This document shows positions 39,879 through 48,631 of a stretch of DNA of 64,000 nucleotides, in pieces. The DNA is from an uncultured Spirochaetota bacterium (GTDB taxonomy: Bacteria; Spirochaetota; B62-G9; DRHN01): positions 7,613-71,612 of the forward strand of contig CAZFTJ010000005.1 in the NCBI GenBank assembly GCA_964521865.1. Direction: 5' to 3'. Both the position numbers and the translations under genes were made by a program. How positions within the stretch are numbered: position 1 is the stretch's first letter; each line of letters starts with the position of its first letter. The notes below the pieces were generated by a model. The model was not told the origin of the DNA, ran no database searches, and saw only the letters and a program-made list of their open reading frames with translations.

Positions 39879-40784
39879 CTACTTTGTAAGATCCTCGATG
39901 CGCATACCCGATGCCTGCAGCACCTGCCTGAAAGGATCGTAGAAGGAATCGTCTATCTTCTTGAGACCGCTCCACTGATATGCGGTTTCGAGCGCCTTCT
40001 TTCCCTCATCCGTCTGGGCAATCTCGAGCAGGGCATTGACGATTTTATCGCGAAGCGCCTTCGGCACAACGGGTGAGAACTGCACACCGTCGTTTGGAAT
40101 ATCCTCCGTAACCTCAATGACGGCGACCTTTTCCATTACATCGGGATGGTCCTTTTCGATCCGCGTCCGGGCATCCACATATGTTGCGCCTGCGTCCACA
40201 TCGCCGTTGTACACCGCAGCGACGACCGAATCGTGGCTTCCGGCATCGATAATCTCCTTGAGGTCTGTTTCAGGATTGATTCCTGCCGCCCTCATGGTGA
40301 GCATCGGAATAATCCATCCGCTCGTTGAAAGCGGATCGGGGCGGGCAAAGGTCTTTCCCTTCAAATCGCTGATGCTTCTGATCCCGCTGTCGGCCCGCGT
40401 AATGAGCTGGCCGTTGTACGTTGGGCTTCCGAATCGAACTGAAACGAGCGCCGCTTCTGCAACTCCCCTGTCTGCAGCCATAACATAGGCGAAGGTCGCC
40501 AGAGACGCCATATGCGCTTCAGGCGGATCGCTCGACAGCGCCTCGATTACCCCGGCGTATTCCGTTGCCACATTCGTTGAAAAAAACAGACCCGTTTTCT
40601 TATGAAGCAGATCGGCGACGGACTGCGCTCCGGCGGAAACACGCTCCATCTCACCCGACGGGACGAAAGACCAGATAATAGGGTTCTCCTCGGAGCCGAG
40701 GGGAACCTCCTTCTTCTCCCCGGCATACAAAAAAGAAACCGCCGTCATCACGACCAGTACCGCAAACATAATTTTTTTACCCAT
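39879..40784 (-). CDS. phnD: phosphonate ABC transporter substrate-binding protein PhnD
   Basis: Signal peptide; PhnD/SsuA-type periplasmic binding protein blocks (TFARPDPLSTSGWIIP, AVYNGDVDAG). Confidence 0.85.
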   Translation of the reverse strand: MGKKIMFAVLVVMTAVSFLYAGEKKEVPLGSEENPIIWSFVPSGEMERVSAGAQSVADLLHKKTGLFFSTNVATEYAGVIEALSSDPPEAHMASLATFAYVMAADRGVAEAALVSVRFGSPTYNGQLITRADSGIRSISDLKGKTFARPDPLSTSGWIIPMLTMRAAGINPETDLKEIIDAGSHDSVVAAVYNGDVDAGATYVDARTRIEKDHPDVMEKVAVIEVTEDIPNDGVQFSPVVPKALRDKIVNALLEIAQTDEGKKALETAYQWSGLKKIDDSFYDPFRQVLQASGMRIEDLTK

Positions 40785-41033
40785 ATTTCCACCTCCCTAA
40801 TGAGATATCGAGATATAAACGATGGTGATTCCGGACTTCAAAACACGGAAGAAGCGACATGCAGCTAAAAAAACTATACCATATACGAGGATTCCTGTCT
40901 TTAAAAAATTTCTCCGCGTCACGCCGCCGGCAAAGGTCGCTACTCCGACGCGAAACATCCGAATAATTTGTCGACGTATTATAATGAAACGACGATAAAC
41001 GACCGGTTGGAAGAAATATGGTTTTATCTATTT

Positions 41034-41060
41034 AAATTCTGGTTTTTTGTACCAGAATTT
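41034..41060. promoter_or_regulatory. perfect 10-bp inverted repeat AAATTCTGGT-N7-ACCAGAATTT, candidate operator upstream of the phn operon
   Basis: Read directly; about 250 bp upstream of the phnD start; no flanking U-tract. Confidence 0.4.
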
Positions 41061-41125
41061 CATTAATAAGTGAGCCTATACAATGTTAAAATTGCCTGTC
41101 ATTGCATTCTATAGGTAAAAACCAT

Positions 41126-41180
41126 TAGGCAAGTGTCGATTTGAACCTTTTAAGTTTGGAAGTTCACTTGCCTATTTTTC
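41126..41180 (-). terminator. bidirectional intrinsic terminator (10-bp stem TAGGCAAGTG/CACTTGCCTA) downstream of the deacetylase gene
   Basis: Stem at 41126-41135/41165-41174; TTTTT follows on the plus strand and 4 nt downstream on the minus strand. Confidence 0.5.
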
Positions 41181-41192
41181 AATATCGAACGG

Positions 41193-42347
41193 CTATTGAA
41201 CGACCCTCTGAATGATAATATCCGAGCTGTCCGGAAGAATGCCGCAGTATATATGATTTTCATGCTGATGATGAGCAATCGCGCGTCCGCCCTGCGTCAC
41301 TTCCACCTCATGCCACGAGCGAGGGACGATCGCCTCAAGAGAAAGCGGCTGGTCGTACACATCATCGTCGAGGCCGTCCTCTACGGTAAATACAACCTCC
41401 GAATCGGAACCGGCCAACAAAAAAATCATGGCCGACTCCCGCTCACGCGCATAGCGGGCGACTGTTCCGAATGGTGCTATCCAGAATCCCTCCTGCGTCA
41501 CATAGTCGAGCACGTACCTGAAATCCTGCAGAGTGAGCGGCTCCCAGCCGAGCCATTCTCTTTTTATCCCGGAACCGGCGATCCCGTGGAAATTCAAAAC
41601 AAACCATCCGCCCGCGGTATACATCCTGCTGCAGTACCACTCCCACGGCTTCACGAACTCCTTACTGCGTATACCGAAGGAATTGATGCTGTAAAACCCT
41701 TCACGTGTCCAGAAAATATCTTCTCCGTTTTTATCCACATACGATTCGAGCACGCCGCTTCCGGACCGCGCCGCTATGTAGTAGCGCGATGCGAGCTGTC
41801 GCGATTCTTCCGTGCTCCTCCAGTATGCCCAGGCGAGTGTCAGGCCTCCGGTTATGTGGAGCTCTCCTTTAATTTTGTCGTACGAATCCTTCAGCTCCCT
41901 CTTTACATTCGTCTCCTTCTTCGTCATATCCGCATGCGTCTTCGTATGGCTCCCTATTTCGTGACCCGCATGGTATATCTCCCGCGCCTGATCCCAGCTG
42001 AAAAGCTCGCGCCTGATCCCGGAATCTATCCAGTACCCGCGCCTTACATACTTCGTGATCAGAAAAAACGTAGCTTTCAGATTTCTTTTCGCAAGCTCCG
42101 GAAGGGCAAGCACGTACTGATCGAGCGTCCCGTCATCGAAGGTGAGCGAACAGGAAGCCTGTTTGAATCCGTACCACCGCGCGATGCGAAAGCTGAAGCG
42201 TCCTGCAACTTCAGTCAGCGTTTCCGGAGCGGGGGTATACGGGAGTGTCGGAGAGGCTTCTTCGGCTTTCTTAACGGAGGCGCAGTCCGGGAGATAGAAG
42301 AAGACGTACAGGCATGCCACGACAAGCAGCACTTTTCTAAACAACAT
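41193..42347 (-). CDS. polysaccharide deacetylase family protein (CE4/NodB homology), secreted
   Basis: Signal peptide; TFDDG and HT.TH motifs of the NodB domain; 384 aa. Confidence 0.75.
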   Translation of the reverse strand: MLFRKVLLVVACLYVFFYLPDCASVKKAEEASPTLPYTPAPETLTEVAGRFSFRIARWYGFKQASCSLTFDDGTLDQYVLALPELAKRNLKATFFLITKYVRRGYWIDSGIRRELFSWDQAREIYHAGHEIGSHTKTHADMTKKETNVKRELKDSYDKIKGELHITGGLTLAWAYWRSTEESRQLASRYYIAARSGSGVLESYVDKNGEDIFWTREGFYSINSFGIRSKEFVKPWEWYCSRMYTAGGWFVLNFHGIAGSGIKREWLGWEPLTLQDFRYVLDYVTQEGFWIAPFGTVARYARERESAMIFLLAGSDSEVVFTVEDGLDDDVYDQPLSLEAIVPRSWHEVEVTQGGRAIAHHQHENHIYCGILPDSSDIIIQRVVQ

Positions 42348-42553
42348 TCGACCTCCCTCTATCTTTTATGAAACCTGGAATGCTCCGAAGTACACTGTCT
42401 TCCCCTCTAGCAATTATCGGATATATTGTAAAGCGCGACCACTTTTTAAACCCGAACACGAGGTCATTTGAAATTCCTGCAATACCCGACAAAAAAAGAG
42501 CCGTCAATCTCAGAATGATGTATAATAACCATACACATTTCTGAAAGGGGGAA

Positions 42554-43576
42554 GTGATGAAATATCGGTACATGGGAAATACGGGACTGGTCGTTTCTCG
42601 GGTGTGCCTCGGTGCAATGACCTTCGGAAACCGGGAATGGGGATGTGACAACAGAACGTCCGTCGATATCACACACCGGTTTCTCGATGCAGGAGGCAAC
42701 TTCATCGATACCGCGGATATGTACAGCGAGGGAAATTCCGAAACGATACTCGGTGAAGCCCTGAAGGGGAGAAAACGGGACGACATCGTGATTGCGACAA
42801 AATGTTTCTTTCGCTTGGGCACAACCCAGAATGCAAAGGGACTGTCGCGAAAGCACATACTCGAGGCGTGCGAAGCGAGCCTGAAGCGGCTTCAGACAGA
42901 CTTTATCGACCTCTACCAGATACACGGGCCCGACCCGCACACTCCGGTCGAAGAAACAATGCGCTCCCTCGATGATTTGGTGCGCCAGGGCAAGGTGCGC
43001 TACATCGGCTGCAGCAACCATCACGCATGGCAGATACTGAAGGCAAACGGCATCGCCGCCCTGAAAAACCTCGAATCGCTCGTATGCGGGCAGTACCAGT
43101 ACAACCTGATTGTACGTGATGTGGAGAGAGAGATACTTCCTGCCTGCGAGGACCAGGGAATGGGGTTCATCTGCTGGAGCCCGCTTGCAAGCGGAATGCT
43201 CACAGGAAAGTATAAAAAGGCGGATAAACCGGAAACCGGCACCCGCATTGCGCTCACGGCGCAGTTTACCGTTCCCCGTTTCTGGCATGAACGCGGGTTT
43301 CGCATTATCGAGGAGGTCAAAAAGGCAGCACAGGAAACGGGAAAAACGCCCGCACAGGTTGCTCTGGCATGGCTTTTATCCGACAAACGGGTCACCGCGG
43401 TCATTGTCGGGGCCCGGAATGCCCGGCAGCTCAAGGACAACCTTGCTGCAGGAGACTGGAATATACCCGAAGATGTACGGCGGCGTCTGGACGAGGCATC
43501 GACGTTCGATCACGGCTATCCGAGGCAATGGATGGACCTCGTGTATCCGCTCACCTTCGGCGAGGAAGAGTCGTAA
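42554..43576 (+). CDS. aldo/keto reductase
   Basis: 340 aa; AKR family blocks (LGAMTFG, IDTADMY, catalytic Y/K/H region); RBS GGGGGAAG. Confidence 0.9.
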   Translation: MMKYRYMGNTGLVVSRVCLGAMTFGNREWGCDNRTSVDITHRFLDAGGNFIDTADMYSEGNSETILGEALKGRKRDDIVIATKCFFRLGTTQNAKGLSRKHILEACEASLKRLQTDFIDLYQIHGPDPHTPVEETMRSLDDLVRQGKVRYIGCSNHHAWQILKANGIAALKNLESLVCGQYQYNLIVRDVEREILPACEDQGMGFICWSPLASGMLTGKYKKADKPETGTRIALTAQFTVPRFWHERGFRIIEEVKKAAQETGKTPAQVALAWLLSDKRVTAVIVGARNARQLKDNLAAGDWNIPEDVRRRLDEASTFDHGYPRQWMDLVYPLTFGEEES

Positions 43577-43583
43577 AGGGCAC

Positions 43584-44294
43584 TCAAAACCCGCCCCTCC
43601 CGACTATTATCCAGTAATCGAGGGCGATGCCGGTGTATGCGTGGATGAGGATACCGGGCCAGAGTGTTTTGAGCCGCCGAACGATGAGTGGAAACACAAT
43701 ACCCGCGACCACGGCCATGAGGGTTTCCGACTGCGGCTGGGTTACATGAAGAAGAACGGTCGCGAGCAGCGATACCATAATCGCCTGTATATCGCCGATA
43801 TCCTCCCGAATGCCCATGAAGAGAAATCCCCTGAAACAAAACTCATACCCTATATAGTAGAGAAAATAGAAGAGCGAGCTTTTCAGAAAATGAACGGGTG
43901 AATCGCCTGCATTCTGCACGAGAGGGTACAGCGAATTGAGCTCCGGCCTGCGTGCCCCGAAGTATACAAACGGCGTCATAAAGGCGATTCCCGCCATGGT
44001 AACAAACAGGGAAACAAACGGTTTTTTGAATAAAATACCGTATCCCCCCAGCCTTTCCCTGAAACCGAATCTGAGTATGCACATGGGAATCGCCCCGAGC
44101 AGGAAGAATGCCGTTCCCCACTGGTAGTAGATCGACCTGGCCTGAACAAGGGAAAAATCGTCGGATTTTCTCAGAAAAGCAATGAAGAACCTGCTGCTCC
44201 CTTCATACCGGTACAAAATATACAGAATGACGACGGACAGCAGAATTATCACGGTTTTAACAGCCTGTGCACGGGATGATGCCGGTATTTTCAT
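43584..44294 (-). CDS. CPBP family intramembrane metalloprotease (CAAX protease/Abi-like)
   Basis: Motifs E-x3-R (YEFCFRG), F-x3-H (ATVLLHV), H-x3-D (HAYTGIALD); start moved to MKIPASS (GGGGGA RBS) from the track start at 44480. Confidence 0.7.
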   Translation of the reverse strand: MKIPASSRAQAVKTVIILLSVVILYILYRYEGSSRFFIAFLRKSDDFSLVQARSIYYQWGTAFFLLGAIPMCILRFGFRERLGGYGILFKKPFVSLFVTMAGIAFMTPFVYFGARRPELNSLYPLVQNAGDSPVHFLKSSLFYFLYYIGYEFCFRGFLFMGIREDIGDIQAIMVSLLATVLLHVTQPQSETLMAVVAGIVFPLIVRRLKTLWPGILIHAYTGIALDYWIIVGRGGF

Positions 44295-44464
44295 GGTGTC
44301 CCCCTGCTGTACTATATTCACGATCGATGCAACGCTTACGAATACACAGTGTAACAGATGGCCAGAGAAATGGAAATTTTTATTGCAGTGTTTTGAAAAA
44401 ATCGAAATAAACGGTGTTTTTTTATTATTCTCAACAGCACAGTATATTATTTTAATGTCGTGGA

Positions 44465-44473
44465 TGGTATAAT
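44465..44473 (+). promoter_or_regulatory. extended -10 promoter element TGG-TATAAT upstream of nrdJ
   Basis: TGGTATAAT 37 nt upstream of the nrdJ ATG (RBS GAAGGAG in between). Confidence 0.5.
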
Positions 44474-44509
44474 CTCTCAATACTACTCCTACGAGAAGGA
44501 GCCCATTTT

Positions 44510-46798
44510 ATGCAGGCCACACAGAAAAGAGCATCACTTGAGCTCACAGAGAATGCGCTGACAGTATTAAAGAAGAGGTACCTGAAAAAGGACAAAAACG
44601 GTACTCCGACAGAAAATCCCGAAGACATGTTCCGGCGCGTTGCATTCAATATCGCCGAAGCCGACCGCATTTACGACAAGTCAGTCTCCATCGACGAAAC
44701 GGCGGAGCGATTCCACACCCTCATGGTTTCCGAGCGCTTTCTTCCCAATTCCCCCACACTGATGAATGCCGGCAGAGAGCTCCAGCAGCTTGCAGCCTGC
44801 TTCGTTCTGCCCGTTGATGATTCGATCGAAAGCATCTTCGACGGCGTCAAGTACACGGCCCTCATACACAAAAGCGGCGGCGGCACGGGATTCTCGTTCT
44901 CACGGCTCAGGCCGAAGAACGACGTCGTAAAATCGACAAAGGGCATTTCGAGCGGCCCGGTATCGTTTATGAAAATATTCGACACCGCTACAGAAACAAT
45001 CGTGCAGGGGGGAACGAGACGGGGCGCAAATATGGGTATCCTGAGCGTACATCACCCCGATATCCTCGATTTTATAGCATCGAAAACCGAGCAGCATATT
45101 CTCAATAACTTCAACATATCCGTTGCCGTAACAGATACCTTCATGAATGCGGTTTTGACCGATGACGACTACGAGCTCGTCAATCCGCGGTCGAACGAGG
45201 TTGTCGGCACCCTGAAAGCAACAAAGGTATTCGATCTTATTGCCGAAGGCGCATGGAAATACGGAGACCCGGGAATCGTGTTCATCGATGAAATCAACAG
45301 GTCGAATCCGACTCCGCTCCTGGGCAGGATAGAATCCACCAATCCCTGCGGCGAACAGCCGCTTCTTCCATTCGAGGCGTGCAATCTCGGATCCATCAAC
45401 CTGAAATGGTTCGTCGAAAACGGCGATATCCTCTGGGACGACCTGAGAGAAACGGTGCATGAATCGGTCCATTTCCTCGATAATGTCGTCGATATGAGCA
45501 GATTCCCGCTGCGGGAGATCGAAGAGCTCGTTCACGGCAACAGAAAGATAGGGCTCGGTGTAATGGGATTCGCCGACATGCTTATCAAGCTTGAAATACC
45601 CTATAACTCGGAAGAGGCGCGGCAGACCGGAAGAGAGGTAATGAAGTTCATCCATGAGAAGGCAAACCGGGCATCTATCATGCTTGCAGAAAAACGAGGG
45701 GTTTTCCCCAATTGGGAAAAATCAATCTATGCCGAGAAAAACCTTCGCTTCAGAAACGCAACGCGGACCACAATCGCACCGACCGGAACGATAAGCATCA
45801 TCGGGGGCTGCTCATCCGGAATAGAGCCTCTTTTTGCCGTATCCTTCGTCAGAAACGTGCTCGACAACAACGAGCTGCCCGAAACAAACCCTCTGTTTCT
45901 TGAAGTTGCCAAGAAAGGGGGGTTCTACTCCAACGACCTCATACGCCGTATTGCCGAGCACGGGAGTGTAAAGGACATGCTCGGGGTTCCGGCCAAGGAT
46001 CAGAACATATTCGTTACCGCTCACGATATTCAGGCTATCGATCATGTACGTATGCAGGCTGCTTTTCAGGAGTACGTCGACAACGCCGTATCGAAAACCG
46101 TCAATTTTCCGAACTCGGCAACGGTCGAGGACGTAAAGGATGTCTATCTCGAGGCGTACCGTCTGAAATGCAAGGGCATTACCGTATACCGTGACGGCTC
46201 GCGGGATGTCCAGGTGCTCACGACCGGAAAGATGAAGAAAGAACCTGAAAACCGAAAGCGTGCGCCCCGTCAAAGACCGGTCCGCACGCACGGCTTGACG
46301 GAAAAAATCGCAACCGGGTGCGGCAATCTCTACGTGACGATCAATGCAGACGATTACGGACCGTGTGAGATATTCGCAAGCATGGGCAAAGCAGGCGGAT
46401 GCGCTGCATCGCAGATCGATGCACAGGCGCGTCTTATCTCCATGGCGCTTCGCTCGAATGTCGACCCGTACTCCGTCGTCAAGCAGCTCAGAGGAATACG
46501 GTGCCCGTCACCCTCTTTGCTCCCGCAGGCGGGTGGAAAAGTTCTCTCCTGTTCCGATGCGATCGCCAAGGTTCTCGAGCGCTACCTTGACGATTTCTAC
46601 AGCAGCAAGGGTAAAACCGTGCCTATGCGGCCGGAGACAAGAGAGGAAACGCCCGAGCCCGATGAAAACAATCCCGACAATGGAGTCGAACAGGGCGGCA
46701 CAAAGAATATCGCCGGGATGTGCCCGGACTGCGGCAGTATTCTCGAGCATGAGAGCGGCTGCGTGGTGTGCCATTCCTGCGGGTATGCGAAGTGCTGA
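44510..46798 (+). CDS. nrdJ: adenosylcobalamin-dependent (class II) ribonucleotide reductase NrdJ with a C-terminal zinc ribbon
   Basis: 762 aa; class II RNR blocks (active-site region NPCGEQPL..EACNLGS; B12-binding region); C-terminal CPDCG...CVVCHSCG. Confidence 0.9.
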   Translation: MQATQKRASLELTENALTVLKKRYLKKDKNGTPTENPEDMFRRVAFNIAEADRIYDKSVSIDETAERFHTLMVSERFLPNSPTLMNAGRELQQLAACFVLPVDDSIESIFDGVKYTALIHKSGGGTGFSFSRLRPKNDVVKSTKGISSGPVSFMKIFDTATETIVQGGTRRGANMGILSVHHPDILDFIASKTEQHILNNFNISVAVTDTFMNAVLTDDDYELVNPRSNEVVGTLKATKVFDLIAEGAWKYGDPGIVFIDEINRSNPTPLLGRIESTNPCGEQPLLPFEACNLGSINLKWFVENGDILWDDLRETVHESVHFLDNVVDMSRFPLREIEELVHGNRKIGLGVMGFADMLIKLEIPYNSEEARQTGREVMKFIHEKANRASIMLAEKRGVFPNWEKSIYAEKNLRFRNATRTTIAPTGTISIIGGCSSGIEPLFAVSFVRNVLDNNELPETNPLFLEVAKKGGFYSNDLIRRIAEHGSVKDMLGVPAKDQNIFVTAHDIQAIDHVRMQAAFQEYVDNAVSKTVNFPNSATVEDVKDVYLEAYRLKCKGITVYRDGSRDVQVLTTGKMKKEPENRKRAPRQRPVRTHGLTEKIATGCGNLYVTINADDYGPCEIFASMGKAGGCAASQIDAQARLISMALRSNVDPYSVVKQLRGIRCPSPSLLPQAGGKVLSCSDAIAKVLERYLDDFYSSKGKTVPMRPETREETPEPDENNPDNGVEQGGTKNIAGMCPDCGSILEHESGCVVCHSCGYAKC

Positions 46799-46947
46799 GT
46801 GAATACAAAAAGCCGCATGTTCCGGCACAATACCCTCTCTCATAGACGGTTTAACTCCGCGCCGCCGACCTGCTTTTGCCGCGCTCGCCGGAAAAGAGGG
46901 CCCGGACGGCTACCCTCCGACACTCCGGGCAATTCTTAAAATTATTA

Positions 46948-46975
46948 TTGACATACTTCATGTAATTTGTAAAAT
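46948..46975 (+). promoter_or_regulatory. sigma70-like promoter TTGACA-16-TAAAAT about 180 nt upstream of the lamin-tail lipoprotein gene
   Basis: Read directly; followed by a 180-nt leader with two short hairpins (ATGCCGC/GCGGCAT, GGGC/GCCC). Confidence 0.4.
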
Positions 46976-47156
46976 AAAGTTCTCTTTTGAAATTTTTTCC
47001 TCCATTATTTTGTTTATATATAATGCCGCCGCAAAGCGGCATGTTCTACGCGACACGTAAGCGGGGCTATGCCCGTACGGTTTCCATACAGAACTGTCTC
47101 CATGCACACAGAGTAGGTGCGGTCGCGGGATGAAAATCCTCTGAGTAACGGCATAG

Positions 47157-48608
47157 ATGCAGGAGTGCACGTCGATGAAAGCGATACTCCGATACATCTT
47201 ACTCGTCGTTCTATACCTCTCTCTTTGCGGGTCGGGGTGCACAAAGATCGACACTCCCATCGGAGACGGAACATCCGACGAATCAAAGGCACGCACTCCG
47301 TCCGGGCATCTTGAAATAATCGCCGATAAAACCGAGATTCTCGATACCGAGCCGCTTTTGCTGGAAGCCCAAGGAGGTTCCGGTATCGTGGTTTGGCGCT
47401 GTGAAACGGGTTTCGGCAGTTTTCAGCCCGATTCGGGAGACGAGGTGCTGTTCATACCCTCCGACACAACGGGAGATCGATCGACACAAGTAACCGCTGA
47501 GGACGAAGATGCCAAAACAGCCTCTTTAACGATTTCAATTATCGATGAAGGAGCCCCTCCCCGGTCGGGTGATATCCTCATCAACGAAATCGCGTGGGCC
47601 GGCACCCTCACCAGCTCATACGACGAGTACATTGAAATCGTAAACCGGGCCGGCCGGCCCTTCTACCTCAAAGGCTGGAGCATCGAAAACGCTGCCGGCC
47701 GGGGCGTACCTCTTGTTTTTTCCGGCAGAATTGATGCGGATTCGGTGTTTCTCATAGCAAATTACGGCTCGGACAGCGGAAAAACAGCCATCGGCTGTCC
47801 TGTTCACTGCATATCCTCCTCCCTTTCGCTGTCCAACTCATCTTTGGGCCCGTTCATTCTCACAGATGCCGGGGGTGGTGTTCTGGATGCCGTCGGTAAC
47901 GGCGATGCACCGTTATACGGAATAAACACGTCGGAGCGAAGGGCCTCCATGTCGCGGCACACCGATTCCAACACCATCAGCTGGGACGAATCGTCATGGT
48001 ACACGTCGGGGGAGTCCGTCAACCTCAGCGACGGCAGTCTGGGCTCTCCCGGTGCACAGAACGGGGATATGCCGTTTCTATCAGGTCCCCTCGATGAGGA
48101 TGCTCTCGGCATAATCACGGAGTTTTCGATCGATGCCAATGACGAGCTGGGTGAGGACTGGGTCGAGGTCTACATCACCAAAAGCGGTTCTTTGAAGAAT
48201 ATCATGATAACCGATCTCGACGGCGACGACAGTACGATTACGAACGGCGGGGAGGTGCAGGTATTTAAAGGAGACTGTATACTGGTTGTCTGGAATGCCG
48301 AATATACCGAACATTTCCAGCAGGACAACCGGTTCTATACACCCGATTCGAATCCAACCGGCACCAAGGACCAGATCGTACTCATGTGCACAGGTTCGTT
48401 TATCGACGGCGTATGCTACTATTCGGATGATTCGGCAGGCGATGCGCGCTTCGGCGGCGACAAGGAAACAATGACGGCTGCCGGCTGGACAGGCGATCCG
48501 GTATTCGGAAAGCATGCTTCGCGCAGGACGGATACCGCCGAAGGATACATCTTCGGGCTCAGCGCAGACAGCTGGGATACGGAAACGGCGCCATCACCCG
48601 GATGGTGA
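47157..48608 (+). CDS. secreted lipoprotein with two lamin-tail-domain (LTD)-like modules
   Basis: Signal/lipobox LSLCGSGC; LTD-like blocks GDILINEIAW..DEYIEIVNRAGRPFYLKGWSI and GIITEFSID..EDWVEVYITKSG. Confidence 0.6.
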   Translation: MQECTSMKAILRYILLVVLYLSLCGSGCTKIDTPIGDGTSDESKARTPSGHLEIIADKTEILDTEPLLLEAQGGSGIVVWRCETGFGSFQPDSGDEVLFIPSDTTGDRSTQVTAEDEDAKTASLTISIIDEGAPPRSGDILINEIAWAGTLTSSYDEYIEIVNRAGRPFYLKGWSIENAAGRGVPLVFSGRIDADSVFLIANYGSDSGKTAIGCPVHCISSSLSLSNSSLGPFILTDAGGGVLDAVGNGDAPLYGINTSERRASMSRHTDSNTISWDESSWYTSGESVNLSDGSLGSPGAQNGDMPFLSGPLDEDALGIITEFSIDANDELGEDWVEVYITKSGSLKNIMITDLDGDDSTITNGGEVQVFKGDCILVVWNAEYTEHFQQDNRFYTPDSNPTGTKDQIVLMCTGSFIDGVCYYSDDSAGDARFGGDKETMTAAGWTGDPVFGKHASRRTDTAEGYIFGLSADSWDTETAPSPGW

Positions 48609-48631
48609 TGAGAGGCACTCGAACCTTCTAA

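Noticed and set aside
39741-40076. 111-aa ORF translating the tandem repeat as FFRYFFRYFF
   Set aside because: It is an artefact of the 12-bp tandem repeat and overlaps phnD on the opposite strand. No RBS.
41196-43288. Long antisense ORFs (41196..42371 plus strand; 42464..43288 minus strand)
   Set aside because: They are opposite the well-supported deacetylase and aldo-keto reductase genes. No motifs. They are shadows of the coding strand.
44900-45655. 251-aa minus-strand ORF inside nrdJ
   Set aside because: It is antisense to a highly conserved RNR gene. No motifs.
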